Virus record (IMG/VR): IMGVR_UViG_3300046820_002180
Location: 95,821-159,820 of that record
Length of the DNA stretch: 64,000 bases
Direction: 5' to 3' (one strand)
Source: a virus
Taxonomy: Duplodnaviria > Heunggongvirae > Uroviricota > Caudoviricetes
How positions within the stretch are numbered: the stretch's first letter is position 1; the number at the start of each line of letters is the position of its first letter. Below are positions 47,309-56,253 of this stretch, one piece after another. The notes under the pieces are model-generated. The model searched no databases and was not told the origin of the DNA. It saw nothing but the letters and a program-made list of their open reading frames with translations. The position numbers were made by a program, and so were the translations under genes.

Positions 47309-48501
47309 AATTAGAGACATTAGAAAAATATCACAAAGACGGGTTGTTACATAAACAGACTCACCCAACTCTCGATTTAACTATTTGGAATTATGGTCCA
47401 AGAGTTCAATACGAAAAGTTGTGGGACGATGTTACAATCCAATGTCGTGGATTGGTCACCAATTCAAAAGGTGATATTGTTGCACGACCTTTTAAGAAAT
47501 TCTTCAACTACGAAGAACATAAACCAGAAGATTTACCAAATGAAACTTTTGAGGTTTATGAAAAGATGGATGGTTCATTAGGTATTCTTTTCTATTACGA
47601 ATATGAATTGAGTGACGAGAAAAGATATAACATATGGTTTAATAACAATTATGAAACAGGTATGGAAAGGTTCTTTGACCCAAACAACTTACCTGATTTT
47701 GATAACCCATATTATGAACCAACACCAAAAACAAAAGGTGAGTGGATAATGGCAACTCGTGGTTCATTCACATCGTCACAATCTATTAAAGGAAAAGAAC
47801 TTTTAGATAGATATGATTTCGAGAGACTACATAAGGGTTACACATATTTGTTTGAGATAATTTACAAAGAGAATAGAATAGTATGTGAATATGATTATGA
47901 AGATATAGTTTTGTTAGGAATGATTGAAACAAAATCAGGAAATGAAGTTGATATTCGCAACAGTAATGAAGATATTCGTTTTCAAAATATGATTTCCAAT
48001 ATTGGATTTCGTGTTGTTATGTTATATAAAACTTGGGGAGAAGGATATGATTTGTTGAAGGAAGAAATATCAAATGATAGAGAGGGATATGTTGTTCGTT
48101 TCAAGAATGGTTTTCGTATGAAAATCAAAGGAGAAGAGTACAAACGACTTCATAGAATTTTAACCAATGTATCCAATCGTGACATATGGGAATATCTAAG
48201 AGCTGGTAAACCACTTGATGAAATATTAGATAAAGTACCGGACGAATTCTATGATTGGGTAAAGAGTGAAGAAAATAAATTTACACAAATGTTTAATATC
48301 ACAAAAACAATGGCGGAGTTAACATTTATGAAATTTATAAAACCTGAAATGTCTAGAAAGGAGTCTGCCCTAATTATAAAAGAACAAAAATTAGATTTAC
48401 AGTCACTCCTATTTAGGATGTTAGATAATAAAGATTACACGGATTTGATTTGGAAAAATCTTTATCCAAAATATTCAAAACCATTTAAAAAAGATGAATA
48501 A
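47305..48501 (+). CDS. RNA ligase (Rnl1-like nucleotidyltransferase)
   Basis: Motif I YEKMDGSL (KxDGSL, cf. T4 Rnl1 KEDGSL), motif IV REGYVVRF, motif V RMKIKGEEY. Confidence 0.6.
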   Translation: MKLETLEKYHKDGLLHKQTHPTLDLTIWNYGPRVQYEKLWDDVTIQCRGLVTNSKGDIVARPFKKFFNYEEHKPEDLPNETFEVYEKMDGSLGILFYYEYELSDEKRYNIWFNNNYETGMERFFDPNNLPDFDNPYYEPTPKTKGEWIMATRGSFTSSQSIKGKELLDRYDFERLHKGYTYLFEIIYKENRIVCEYDYEDIVLLGMIETKSGNEVDIRNSNEDIRFQNMISNIGFRVVMLYKTWGEGYDLLKEEISNDREGYVVRFKNGFRMKIKGEEYKRLHRILTNVSNRDIWEYLRAGKPLDEILDKVPDEFYDWVKSEENKFTQMFNITKTMAELTFMKFIKPEMSRKESALIIKEQKLDLQSLLFRMLDNKDYTDLIWKNLYPKYSKPFKKDE

Positions 48502-48982
48502 AAATAAAATTTACTTATATCTTGACGATGTAAGAACACCAACAGAAGGTGATTGGAAAGTAGTAAGAAACTATGATGAGTTTGTTACCCAAATAAGACT
48601 TAATGGTTTGGAAAACTATGAAGTTATATCATTGGACCACGACTTAGGTGAACTCTCAATGGTTGAATACTATACAAACGTAAAAAATAACTACACATTA
48701 AACTATGATAATATAGTTAATGAGAAAACAGGTTATGATTGTTGTAAGTGGTTAGTTGCTGAGAGTATGAATAAAAACATACCCTTACCACAGATATACA
48801 TCCACTCAGCAAACCCAATTGGTTCCGCAAATATGATGGGGTACATCAACAATTATTTTATGAATAGTAGATTACCTCAAACGTGTGTGAGAGTTCAAAT
48901 CCCACATACAATTGATGAGACGCATATGTTATCACCTGAAGCAAGAAAAGCTAAATGGGACAGAACAAATAACCTCAAATAA
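48494..48982 (+). CDS. Hypothetical protein
   Basis: 162-aa ORF; start overlaps upstream stop. Confidence 0.4.
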   Translation: MNKNKIYLYLDDVRTPTEGDWKVVRNYDEFVTQIRLNGLENYEVISLDHDLGELSMVEYYTNVKNNYTLNYDNIVNEKTGYDCCKWLVAESMNKNIPLPQIYIHSANPIGSANMMGYINNYFMNSRLPQTCVRVQIPHTIDETHMLSPEARKAKWDRTNNLK

Positions 48983-49033
48983 TTTGTTATTACAAAATAA
49001 AACCCCTATATTTTTATTAAAAACTTTTTAAAA

Positions 49034-50116
49034 ATGTCAAAGATAAAAGAACTTAAAACCGACACACAAAATGTCTTAAATTTAATAGATGTTTTAGAGT
49101 TGTTCAGTCCTGAAAAGAAATCAAAGTACACAGACACGTTACTAAGATTAATGAGAAACACCAGTTCATTAGATGAACACATACTTGAAATCAAAACATC
49201 ATTGATTAATAAATTTGATTTCATTCGAATGGAGGATTTGAATAATTTTTCTGACATTCAAGTTTTATTAATGTTTAGATTTCTTGACGCGTTCTTTAAT
49301 TTTGAAGATTTAAGAAGTTTTAGAAAGTTTTGTGAATATAACGAAAGAGGTTTAATTTCACAAAATGATTTAAGTAAGTATAAATCATTTGACGATGTTT
49401 TAAATCAATTGAGTACGGCTGAAATGAAAGTCACAACAAAACAGATGGAAACCCAAATAGTTAAATTAATGGACACTGACGAGTGGTTAATTGTTAGACC
49501 ATTAACATATTTGGCATCTAAAAAATACGGTTCAAATACAAAATGGTGCACAACGTCAGAAGGTAATCCTGAATATTTTATCAAGTACTCAACCAAAGGA
49601 GTGTTAATATATTGTATTAATAAAGTAACAGGATATAAAGTTGCAAGTTTTTATTCATTAGATAAAAATGACCCTGAGTTTTCTTTTTGGAATCAAAAAG
49701 ATAGTAGAATTGATTCATTAGATACTGAATTGACTGACGAGATTAGACTTTTGATTCAATCTGTTTCTAAAGACAAGAAAGCAAAAACAAATAGATTTTT
49801 ATTGTCCGATGAACAAAGGGTTATCGAAGATAAATTAATGAAAAATAATTCAGATTTATTCAAAGAACCATCTCTCATAGGAGAAGAGTTAAGAGAAGCC
49901 ATTTCAATGGAAGAACCATCTCCAATTATGGAAGAACCGGTTCAAGAAGAGAGACAAGATAGATTAAATCCTTTTAATCAAGCAATTGAAAGAAGAAATG
50001 AAGAGAGAAGAGTAAGAGAAAGAAGGTTGATGGGTGAATCAGAAGAAAGAAATGAAGAACGTCAGTATGAAGATAGAGAAAATCAACCTCAAACATTCCG
50101 TTCAGGCTCACTATAA
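49034..50116 (+). CDS. Hypothetical protein with C-terminal Glu/Arg-rich low-complexity tail
   Basis: 360-aa ORF; tail EERNEERRVRERR...EERNEERQYEDRE. Confidence 0.5.
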   Translation: MSKIKELKTDTQNVLNLIDVLELFSPEKKSKYTDTLLRLMRNTSSLDEHILEIKTSLINKFDFIRMEDLNNFSDIQVLLMFRFLDAFFNFEDLRSFRKFCEYNERGLISQNDLSKYKSFDDVLNQLSTAEMKVTTKQMETQIVKLMDTDEWLIVRPLTYLASKKYGSNTKWCTTSEGNPEYFIKYSTKGVLIYCINKVTGYKVASFYSLDKNDPEFSFWNQKDSRIDSLDTELTDEIRLLIQSVSKDKKAKTNRFLLSDEQRVIEDKLMKNNSDLFKEPSLIGEELREAISMEEPSPIMEEPVQEERQDRLNPFNQAIERRNEERRVRERRLMGESEERNEERQYEDRENQPQTFRSGSL

Positions 50117-50127
50117 ACAAATATATT

Positions 50128-50628
50128 ATGCAAGTTAAACAATACAAAGTACAATTAAAAGAAGGTATCTGTACTGATATCTTTGATTCACCACAAGCGG
50201 CAATGAAGAAGTTTGGTTCCAACCTCGCTAGACTCATTGAGTATGAATCAAAAGTTAAAAAAGAATTAAAGGCACCGACAGATATCGCACTTTTGATTTC
50301 TGCAAGAAGTGATGCTGATTTAGAAGTATCGGTTTCTTGTGGTTATGCGGTTATGTATAATTGTCCAAATAAAACAAAATTATATGAAGGAATGCCGTAT
50401 CTTGAGGTATCTGAGAATAGTGTTTTAGAGGGTACGGTTATAAGATTAGAAAGTTATTCTAAATCATTACATCACCATTGGAAAGGTCCTGGTTATAGAC
50501 CTGACAAAGAATGGAAATGGGCAATCTACCACAAAAACTCTAAAATAATTCCAAGAGAAGTTGCTGAAAAAAAATACAACAACTCACTCAACGGAACTCA
50601 AGGTGGTATTAGTTACATCAAATATTAA
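50128..50628 (+). CDS. Hypothetical protein
   Basis: 166-aa ORF. Confidence 0.45.
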   Translation: MQVKQYKVQLKEGICTDIFDSPQAAMKKFGSNLARLIEYESKVKKELKAPTDIALLISARSDADLEVSVSCGYAVMYNCPNKTKLYEGMPYLEVSENSVLEGTVIRLESYSKSLHHHWKGPGYRPDKEWKWAIYHKNSKIIPREVAEKKYNNSLNGTQGGISYIKY

Positions 50629-50649
50629 TTAATCATAAAAAACGAATGA

Positions 50650-51015
50650 ATGATTAGTCCTTACGTTTATCCGGGTATTAAACAAACATTATTACCTAAA
50701 AAGAAGAGAATCAAAAGAAGTCTTATTTCCCCTGAAAAAATTATGAGTATCGTTGCAGAACATTGTGGCGTGACTGTAACTGAAATTCTTTCAAGAGGAA
50801 GAAAAAGAGAAGTATGTGACGCAAGACACATATTTTGCGCAGTAATGAGAAAAGAATTTTCTTACCCTTTAAAAAGTATTGGTGAAATGGTTAGTGGTAG
50901 AGACCACACAACCGCAATTCATTCTATCCAAACCTTCAATGATAGGTACAAAAATGAAGACGGTTATAAAGAATTGGCCGATACAATCGTTGATGACGTT
51001 TTCCAAAGAATATAA
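50650..51015 (+). CDS. DnaA C-terminal (domain IV) DNA-binding domain-like protein
   Basis: VAEHCGVTVTEILSRGRKREVCDARHIFCAVMRKEFSYPLKSIGEMVSGRDHTTAIHSI matches the DnaA helix-turn-helix domain signature (sR.r.i..aR.iamyl...t..sl..iG..fggRdHtTV). Confidence 0.5.
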   Translation: MISPYVYPGIKQTLLPKKKRIKRSLISPEKIMSIVAEHCGVTVTEILSRGRKREVCDARHIFCAVMRKEFSYPLKSIGEMVSGRDHTTAIHSIQTFNDRYKNEDGYKELADTIVDDVFQRI

Positions 51016-51050
51016 AGAAATATCTTTTATATAAAAAATACTAGATATTT

Positions 51051-51066
51051 TTTGGAATATTCAAAA
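51051..51066. promoter_or_regulatory. Near-palindrome TTTGGAATATTCAAAA (copy 2 of the TTTGGAATATTCCAAA element) followed by TATTAT
   Basis: One mismatch from the perfect 16-mer; 20 nt upstream of the 51086 ATG, with TATTAT between. Confidence 0.4.
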
Positions 51067-51085
51067 ACATTATTATCTTTGTGAT

Positions 51086-51646
51086 ATGAAAACATTAATT
51101 ATACATCCAGAGGATGAGAGCACATCCTTCCTCGACATTGTCTACAAAGACGTTGTGGATAAAACTGTTGTGAAAGGTGGTATGTCTAAAATGGACGTAA
51201 TGAACCTCATCAATGACCACGACCGAGTTATGATGATGGGTCACGGAAGTCCCGGTGGTCTTTTCTCCGTTGGACAATTCAAATATTCTGGTTGGAGAAA
51301 CACAGGTTATATCATTGACCAACATTGTGTACCTCTTTTAAAAGAAAAGAAAGACAATGTCTTCATTTGGTGTAACGCCGATAAGTTTGTTAACTTATTT
51401 GGTTTGAAAGGTTTCTACTCCGGAATGTTCATCAGTGAAGTTGGTGAGGCACTATATTGTGGATTACCTAACACACCACAAAAAATTGTTGACGAATCTA
51501 ATTACGGTTTTGTTAATATCATATCAAAATATATTAATGAACCAACCAATATCATTTATGAAAATGTTCGAAAAGAATATGGTTTAATTGCCGAGAATAA
51601 TGATGTTGCTGAATACAATAATATGAGACTATATGCATCAGAATAA
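51086..51646 (+). CDS. Hypothetical protein
   Basis: 186-aa ORF. Confidence 0.45.
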   Translation: MKTLIIHPEDESTSFLDIVYKDVVDKTVVKGGMSKMDVMNLINDHDRVMMMGHGSPGGLFSVGQFKYSGWRNTGYIIDQHCVPLLKEKKDNVFIWCNADKFVNLFGLKGFYSGMFISEVGEALYCGLPNTPQKIVDESNYGFVNIISKYINEPTNIIYENVRKEYGLIAENNDVAEYNNMRLYASE

Positions 51647-51974
51647 ACTTGAATTTGAGGCTTTAGATAAGAGATTTAATAAGTACAAAATAAAAGTCAA
51701 AGGAAGTTCTAAGTTCTTAACCGAGGATAATAAACACTTTAGAATGTGTTTTGAATCCAAAAACGAATTAGGGTTAGATAACACTCTTTGGGTTTTAGAA
51801 ACTGATGTTGAGTTCATTGCTGATAATTTTGATGTATACAATTACGAGGCTTCTGAAATATTAACTCAGTGGTTCTCAAACAAATATAACGTCAAAGTTA
51901 GTACAGTTGGTCAACTGATACCCGAATATGTTAAACCATTATCTATTAACTTGATTGAAAATGTCACAGAATAA
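51633..51974 (+). CDS. Hypothetical protein
   Basis: 113-aa ORF. Confidence 0.4.
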   Translation: MHQNKLEFEALDKRFNKYKIKVKGSSKFLTEDNKHFRMCFESKNELGLDNTLWVLETDVEFIADNFDVYNYEASEILTQWFSNKYNVKVSTVGQLIPEYVKPLSINLIENVTE

Positions 51975-52170
51975 TACCCAAGACGAGAAAAACATCTATA
52001 AAAGACAAATGATTCAAATGTCTGAAGATGCTAAAAAAACAATCACATTAAAATCGGAAATGATTTTAAATTGTTCTAATGATTTCGAGTTAGGTAAGAT
52101 GGTTAGAATGTTATTATATGAAAAAATAAACGCGTGTGATGAACATATAAAACACGTTAATTCATTATGA
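51955..52170 (+). CDS. Hypothetical small protein
   Basis: 71-aa ORF. Confidence 0.35.
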   Translation: MKMSQNNTQDEKNIYKRQMIQMSEDAKKTITLKSEMILNCSNDFELGKMVRMLLYEKINACDEHIKHVNSL

Positions 52171-52445
52171 GTTATAAAACTTTTAAAGACATTGAATTTA
52201 CTCACGATAGAGACGGACAATATTCGATGTTGATGTTCGAAAATCAATGGGGAGTTAGTGTAACAAGGTCTTTTGCTTGTTCCTTAGGTGCTGAACAGGG
52301 TTTGTTTGAGTTAGTTACATTAGATGAAAATGCTAATGTGGTTTACAACACACCATTAGTGGGACCTATTGGTTTTTTAACTGAAGATGAGGTAACTGAA
52401 TTAATGATTGAAGTTCAAAATTTTCCAAAAAAACAAATAATATGA
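52167..52445 (+). CDS. Small protein, paralog of the 57065..57340 ORF
   Basis: Shares WGVSV, (F/Y)EL..(L/V)...(N/G)..(V/L)YNTP and EDEVTELMIEVQNF/TDVTDIMSIVQKF blocks. Confidence 0.45.
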   Translation: MSYKTFKDIEFTHDRDGQYSMLMFENQWGVSVTRSFACSLGAEQGLFELVTLDENANVVYNTPLVGPIGFLTEDEVTELMIEVQNFPKKQII

Positions 52446-52735
52446 CAAACGTAGAAACAACTGAGGATTTGTATTATCCAGCAGCACAAAACTTTTTAAA
52501 GAGATATGCAATTGATGCTAGTGACCACATCGTCGATATCATAGTTTCTGTGATGAGAACAAGAGATAAGGTAGGATTTCAAGGAGGTGACTTTGTACAA
52601 TCAGTAGTAAATAACGACTTAACAAACGCAGCCCTTAGAGCTGATAACGATTGTGTTAAACACTTGAAAACATTTGTTTTAGCTTTACGCAATTGTTACC
52701 CTGTTGAGGAGATGGCATTCCATAAAGTAGATTAA
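52442..52735 (+). CDS. Hypothetical small protein
   Basis: 97-aa ORF. Confidence 0.4.
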   Translation: MTNVETTEDLYYPAAQNFLKRYAIDASDHIVDIIVSVMRTRDKVGFQGGDFVQSVVNNDLTNAALRADNDCVKHLKTFVLALRNCYPVEEMAFHKVD

Positions 52736-52749
52736 AGATATATATTGTA

Positions 52750-53502
52750 ATGAGTAAATTGTGGACATTTGGATGTAGTTTTACCGCTGAATATGATTTT
52801 ACATCGTATTTGAAACCCGGTCAAAGTGATGAATCTGAGAATAATAATATCAGATATAGAAAATATCGCGGTGGTGAGGTAAGTGATGTGTGGCCCACAA
52901 TTGTTGCAAGAGAATTAGGATTAGAAAAAGAAAATATGGGATATCCTGGTTTTTCTAACTACAGAATATTCAACAGATTTTCCGCAAACTGCCAAAGAAT
53001 CCAAAAAGGTGATGTGGTAATTGTTGAATGGTCGAGAAAAGAGCGATTCGATATTGTCAATAAAAATATGGGTAGACACCATCAAATGGTATCTGTAATC
53101 CCATCTGAAGCCCATAGTCACGTACAATATGATTTGGAGGTTATGCAACAAATCTTGGTTAATCGAACAAATCCTATTTGGTGTGAAGAGATTTATTCCT
53201 TTATGAAATTAATAAAGGAATTAAGTCTTGCCAAGCAATTTGAATTGTATTTTTGGTCGGCAGATAAAGAGATAATTAACAAAGAAGATAACTCATTTAA
53301 GTACAAATACAATTGTTTAGTACCTGAAGCAAACACTGATATGACTAAGTTCCTTCGTGAGTACGGTGCACAAAGTTTTCACGAAGAGACCAATAGGATT
53401 TTACCAGATGATGAACATTATGGTGAAGTTGGTCATCGAGTAATGGCGGAAACGTTTCTTAGAGACATAAACAGATATAGAAACGGATATTATAATGAGT
53501 AA
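52750..53502 (+). CDS. SGNH-family hydrolase (paralog 5; tandem array member 1)
   Basis: MSKLWTFGCSFTAE block I (Cys replaces Asp), NMGYPGFSNYRIF block II, DDEHYGEVGHRVMAETF block V. Confidence 0.5.
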   Translation: MSKLWTFGCSFTAEYDFTSYLKPGQSDESENNNIRYRKYRGGEVSDVWPTIVARELGLEKENMGYPGFSNYRIFNRFSANCQRIQKGDVVIVEWSRKERFDIVNKNMGRHHQMVSVIPSEAHSHVQYDLEVMQQILVNRTNPIWCEEIYSFMKLIKELSLAKQFELYFWSADKEIINKEDNSFKYKYNCLVPEANTDMTKFLREYGAQSFHEETNRILPDDEHYGEVGHRVMAETFLRDINRYRNGYYNE

Positions 53503-54241
53503 GTTATGGACATTTGGTTGTAGTTACACCGCAGAATATCATCCGGTGAGTTCTATGAATGGTGATAAAAACAACTATATGTTATATCGAGATTGGTTGG
53601 GTGGAACGTTACCTGAAACTTGGCCACATAGATTAGGTAGAATGTTGGGTATGGAGGTTGAAAACAAAGGATTGGGTGGTAGTTCTAATGACCATATTTT
53701 TGGTGCGTTCTGTGATAGTTGTGAAATGATAAGTGAGGGCGATATTGTTGTGATTGGTTGGACACAACTTGCAAGATTTTGGATTGGTAGTTATGATGAA
53801 AAACAATCACCAAAATTTACCGCAGTACTTCCGAATCTCACAAAAAATAGCGACATCAATTCAACTCATATGTCGACAGAAACATTAGAATTTCTTTTAG
53901 TTGAGAGGATGAATCCGTTATATGTTAAAGAAATATATAGTAGACAAGGTGTAATTGAAGAACTCTCAAAACATAAAGGTTTTGAGATATTTTTTTGGTC
54001 GAGTGATAGTAAAATTATCTATGATGAACCAAAGGAATTTAAAAATAAAAAAAAATACCTTTGTTCCGATTCTGTTGATGGTGTGTTAACACATCTAATT
54101 AGAAAAAGAGGAGCGAAAACAGTTGAGATGGAAACAAAGGGAAAGATACCTGATTTACATTTTGGTGAAATAGGACATCAGGTTCAGGCGGAAGTTTTCT
54201 ACAAAGAAATCTCCACCAAAATAAAAAAGAGTTTATTATGA
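53495..54241 (+). CDS. SGNH-family hydrolase (paralog 6; tandem array member 2)
   Basis: MSKLWTFGCSYTAE, NKGLGGSSNDHIF, DLHFGEIGHQVQAEVF. Confidence 0.5.
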   Translation: MSKLWTFGCSYTAEYHPVSSMNGDKNNYMLYRDWLGGTLPETWPHRLGRMLGMEVENKGLGGSSNDHIFGAFCDSCEMISEGDIVVIGWTQLARFWIGSYDEKQSPKFTAVLPNLTKNSDINSTHMSTETLEFLLVERMNPLYVKEIYSRQGVIEELSKHKGFEIFFWSSDSKIIYDEPKEFKNKKKYLCSDSVDGVLTHLIRKRGAKTVEMETKGKIPDLHFGEIGHQVQAEVFYKEISTKIKKSLL

Positions 54242-54843
54242 TTAGAGTAATATGGGTATTTGGTAATAGTTTCAGTAATAGTAGTTGGGTAACTCTATTA
54301 GGTGTGAAATTAGGACACCAAGTTAAAAACTTATCAAAAGATAAAACCTGCAACTATCAAATCTTTGATGATTTTTGTAGTGTATGTGACTTGATTCATA
54401 GTGATGATATTGTTATAATTGGTTGGGGTAATGTTTCTAATTTTAGAACACCATTCAATGATGAATTTATTAGTTACGGTCCAAATGATTTAGGTGACGA
54501 ACATATCGACTCAACATATATTGAGAATGTGGTTAGAGATAGGTCATCTGAAAAATGGTGTGAACAGATTTATTACTATGAAAATATTTTAGATGAACTC
54601 GCGAAATCAAAGAGATATAATTTGTTTTTTTGGTCAAGTGATGAGGATAGGTTGATATATCCAGCAAGACCATCATTCAAAGCAAAAAGAAGTTACTTAT
54701 GTAATGAGTCAACAACTTGTTTGGTTAAGTATTTTGAAGAGAAAGGTGCAACTGTAATTGATAATAAGTTCGATGAGGTTGGAAATGAAATAGTTGCTGA
54801 TAAATTTTATAATGAAATAAACACGAGGATACATTCTTTATAA
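54238..54843 (+). CDS. SGNH-family hydrolase-like protein, possibly degenerate (paralog 7; tandem array member 3)
   Basis: VIWVFGNSFSN block I retained, but block V reads FDEVGNEIVADKF with no His. Confidence 0.4.
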   Translation: MIRVIWVFGNSFSNSSWVTLLGVKLGHQVKNLSKDKTCNYQIFDDFCSVCDLIHSDDIVIIGWGNVSNFRTPFNDEFISYGPNDLGDEHIDSTYIENVVRDRSSEKWCEQIYYYENILDELAKSKRYNLFFWSSDEDRLIYPARPSFKAKRSYLCNESTTCLVKYFEEKGATVIDNKFDEVGNEIVADKFYNEINTRIHSL

Positions 54844-55538
54844 TGAAACTGTGGATATTCGGAGATTCCTTTAGTCAGAAGTTCAGTGACTTCGACCAAA
54901 AACTTTACGACCCTATTGATTATAGGGTGAGATACCATATTTGGAAAGGGTACTCTCCGAAGTGTTATGGTGAGATTATATCGGATAAATTGGAATGTGA
55001 TTTGGAAATATTAGCATCTGCAGGAAACTCAAATGATGAAATATTCCATAGTTTTATTGAGGTGATGGACCAAATTCAATCTGGTGACATTGTAATAATC
55101 AATTGGACATATCCTAATAGATTTAGAATTGCAGACGATAATAACAAATTTGAGAAGATTATGATTCAAGCGGGTTGTAAATCACCCAATAGATTCGTGT
55201 CCGAAAAAAGTTTGGAGGAGATTGGTGTAAATCGTAATTTCTCAAGTATATATTATAAGGAGGTTTCTAACTACACCAAAATAATAAAAAAGACTTGTGG
55301 TGAAGACATCCTCTCAATATTTTGGTATTTTTCTAACTTGAACATAGAAAGAAAATTTGACCAAAATGTCATTAGTTTTTTTGAAAATGTGATTCCATTA
55401 CACGAATATGAAACACTCACAATCGAGACATTGGGTGTGATGGAAGATGGTCACTATTCAGAAGATGGACATAAGGATTTAGCTAACGATTTATATAAAA
55501 TAATCGATATATGGACTCAAACAAAACAGACAAAGTAG
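54843..55538 (+). CDS. SGNH/GDSL-family hydrolase (paralog 8; tandem array member 4)
   Basis: MKLWIFGDSFSQ block I, SAGNSNDEIF block II, EDGHYSEDGHKDLANDL block V. Confidence 0.5.
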   Translation: MKLWIFGDSFSQKFSDFDQKLYDPIDYRVRYHIWKGYSPKCYGEIISDKLECDLEILASAGNSNDEIFHSFIEVMDQIQSGDIVIINWTYPNRFRIADDNNKFEKIMIQAGCKSPNRFVSEKSLEEIGVNRNFSSIYYKEVSNYTKIIKKTCGEDILSIFWYFSNLNIERKFDQNVISFFENVIPLHEYETLTIETLGVMEDGHYSEDGHKDLANDLYKIIDIWTQTKQTK

Positions 55539-55683
55539 CAAGAATAATTGCACTTATTTTTGCACTAGCAATTGGTGGTTTAGTATTTTGGACCGGTGGT
55601 ACTATACTTTACTACATCATAAAATATTCATTCTTTTCATAGTATCTTTTGGAATTTTAAATTTTATTCCTTATATTTTTTCT

Positions 55684-56001
55684 ATGAGAAGTTTCAAATT
55701 TTTTTCAGGGAGAAGTACCGGATTAGATTTAGACTCTTCACCTAGTTGGATATACGATACTCAGGTCAATTTACAAGGATTGGACTACCAAATCTTGACG
55801 GGAGAGTTTCGAGGTATTCACCAATTTCTTAATGAATACCCTAATAATTTTATTGTGGTTGTTAAATCCATTACAGGTAATGGTAGAACACATACCGGCA
55901 CTACCGAATATGGTGATGGGTGGGGTTTTGATATCACATCAGATTTGATAACTATTGAATATTACAGTTTCACGGATTATGACGATATTAATAACACCTG
56001 A
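55684..56001 (+). CDS. FKFF-motif small protein family member (start at internal Met MRSFKFF)
   Basis: Internal Met followed by RSFKFF; NFIVVVKSITGNG resembles the family's central motif. Confidence 0.4.
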   Translation: MRSFKFFSGRSTGLDLDSSPSWIYDTQVNLQGLDYQILTGEFRGIHQFLNEYPNNFIVVVKSITGNGRTHTGTTEYGDGWGFDITSDLITIEYYSFTDYDDINNT

Positions 56002-56218
56002 TGAATTAGAAGAAGAGTTTAGGGAGAGTTGGAGAATGGGGTTTATACAACAACCTTCTATCGATTATGCGGATAACGCAATCTACGCTAATTTTGAAGG
56101 GAAACAGCATATCATATTCAGATTCAAGGACTTAGGTTGGGTAAACGATAACCGATTTAATTCTTATACCATTTCTTCGGGGTTGGCAGGAATTATGATT
56201 AATATTATTCGAAAATAA
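55955..56218 (+). CDS. Hypothetical small protein
   Basis: 87-aa ORF. Confidence 0.35.
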   Translation: MNITVSRIMTILITPDELEEEFRESWRMGFIQQPSIDYADNAIYANFEGKQHIIFRFKDLGWVNDNRFNSYTISSGLAGIMINIIRK

Positions 56219-56234
56219 TTTGGAATATTCCAAA
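56219..56234. promoter_or_regulatory. Perfect 16-bp palindrome TTTGGAATATTCCAAA followed by TATAAT (copy 3)
   Basis: Perfect palindrome in the 35-nt intergenic gap; TATAAT at 56237-56242, ATG at 56254. Confidence 0.45.
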
Positions 56235-56253
56235 AATATAATAACTTTACACT

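Noticed and set aside
55511-55642. 43-aa hydrophobic ORF (MDSNKTDKVARIIALIFALAIGG...) overlapping the end of the last SGNH gene
   Set aside because: Overlaps the SGNH gene by 28 nt in another frame and overlaps the 55588 ORF; it could be a real micro-membrane protein but cannot be supported from sequence alone.
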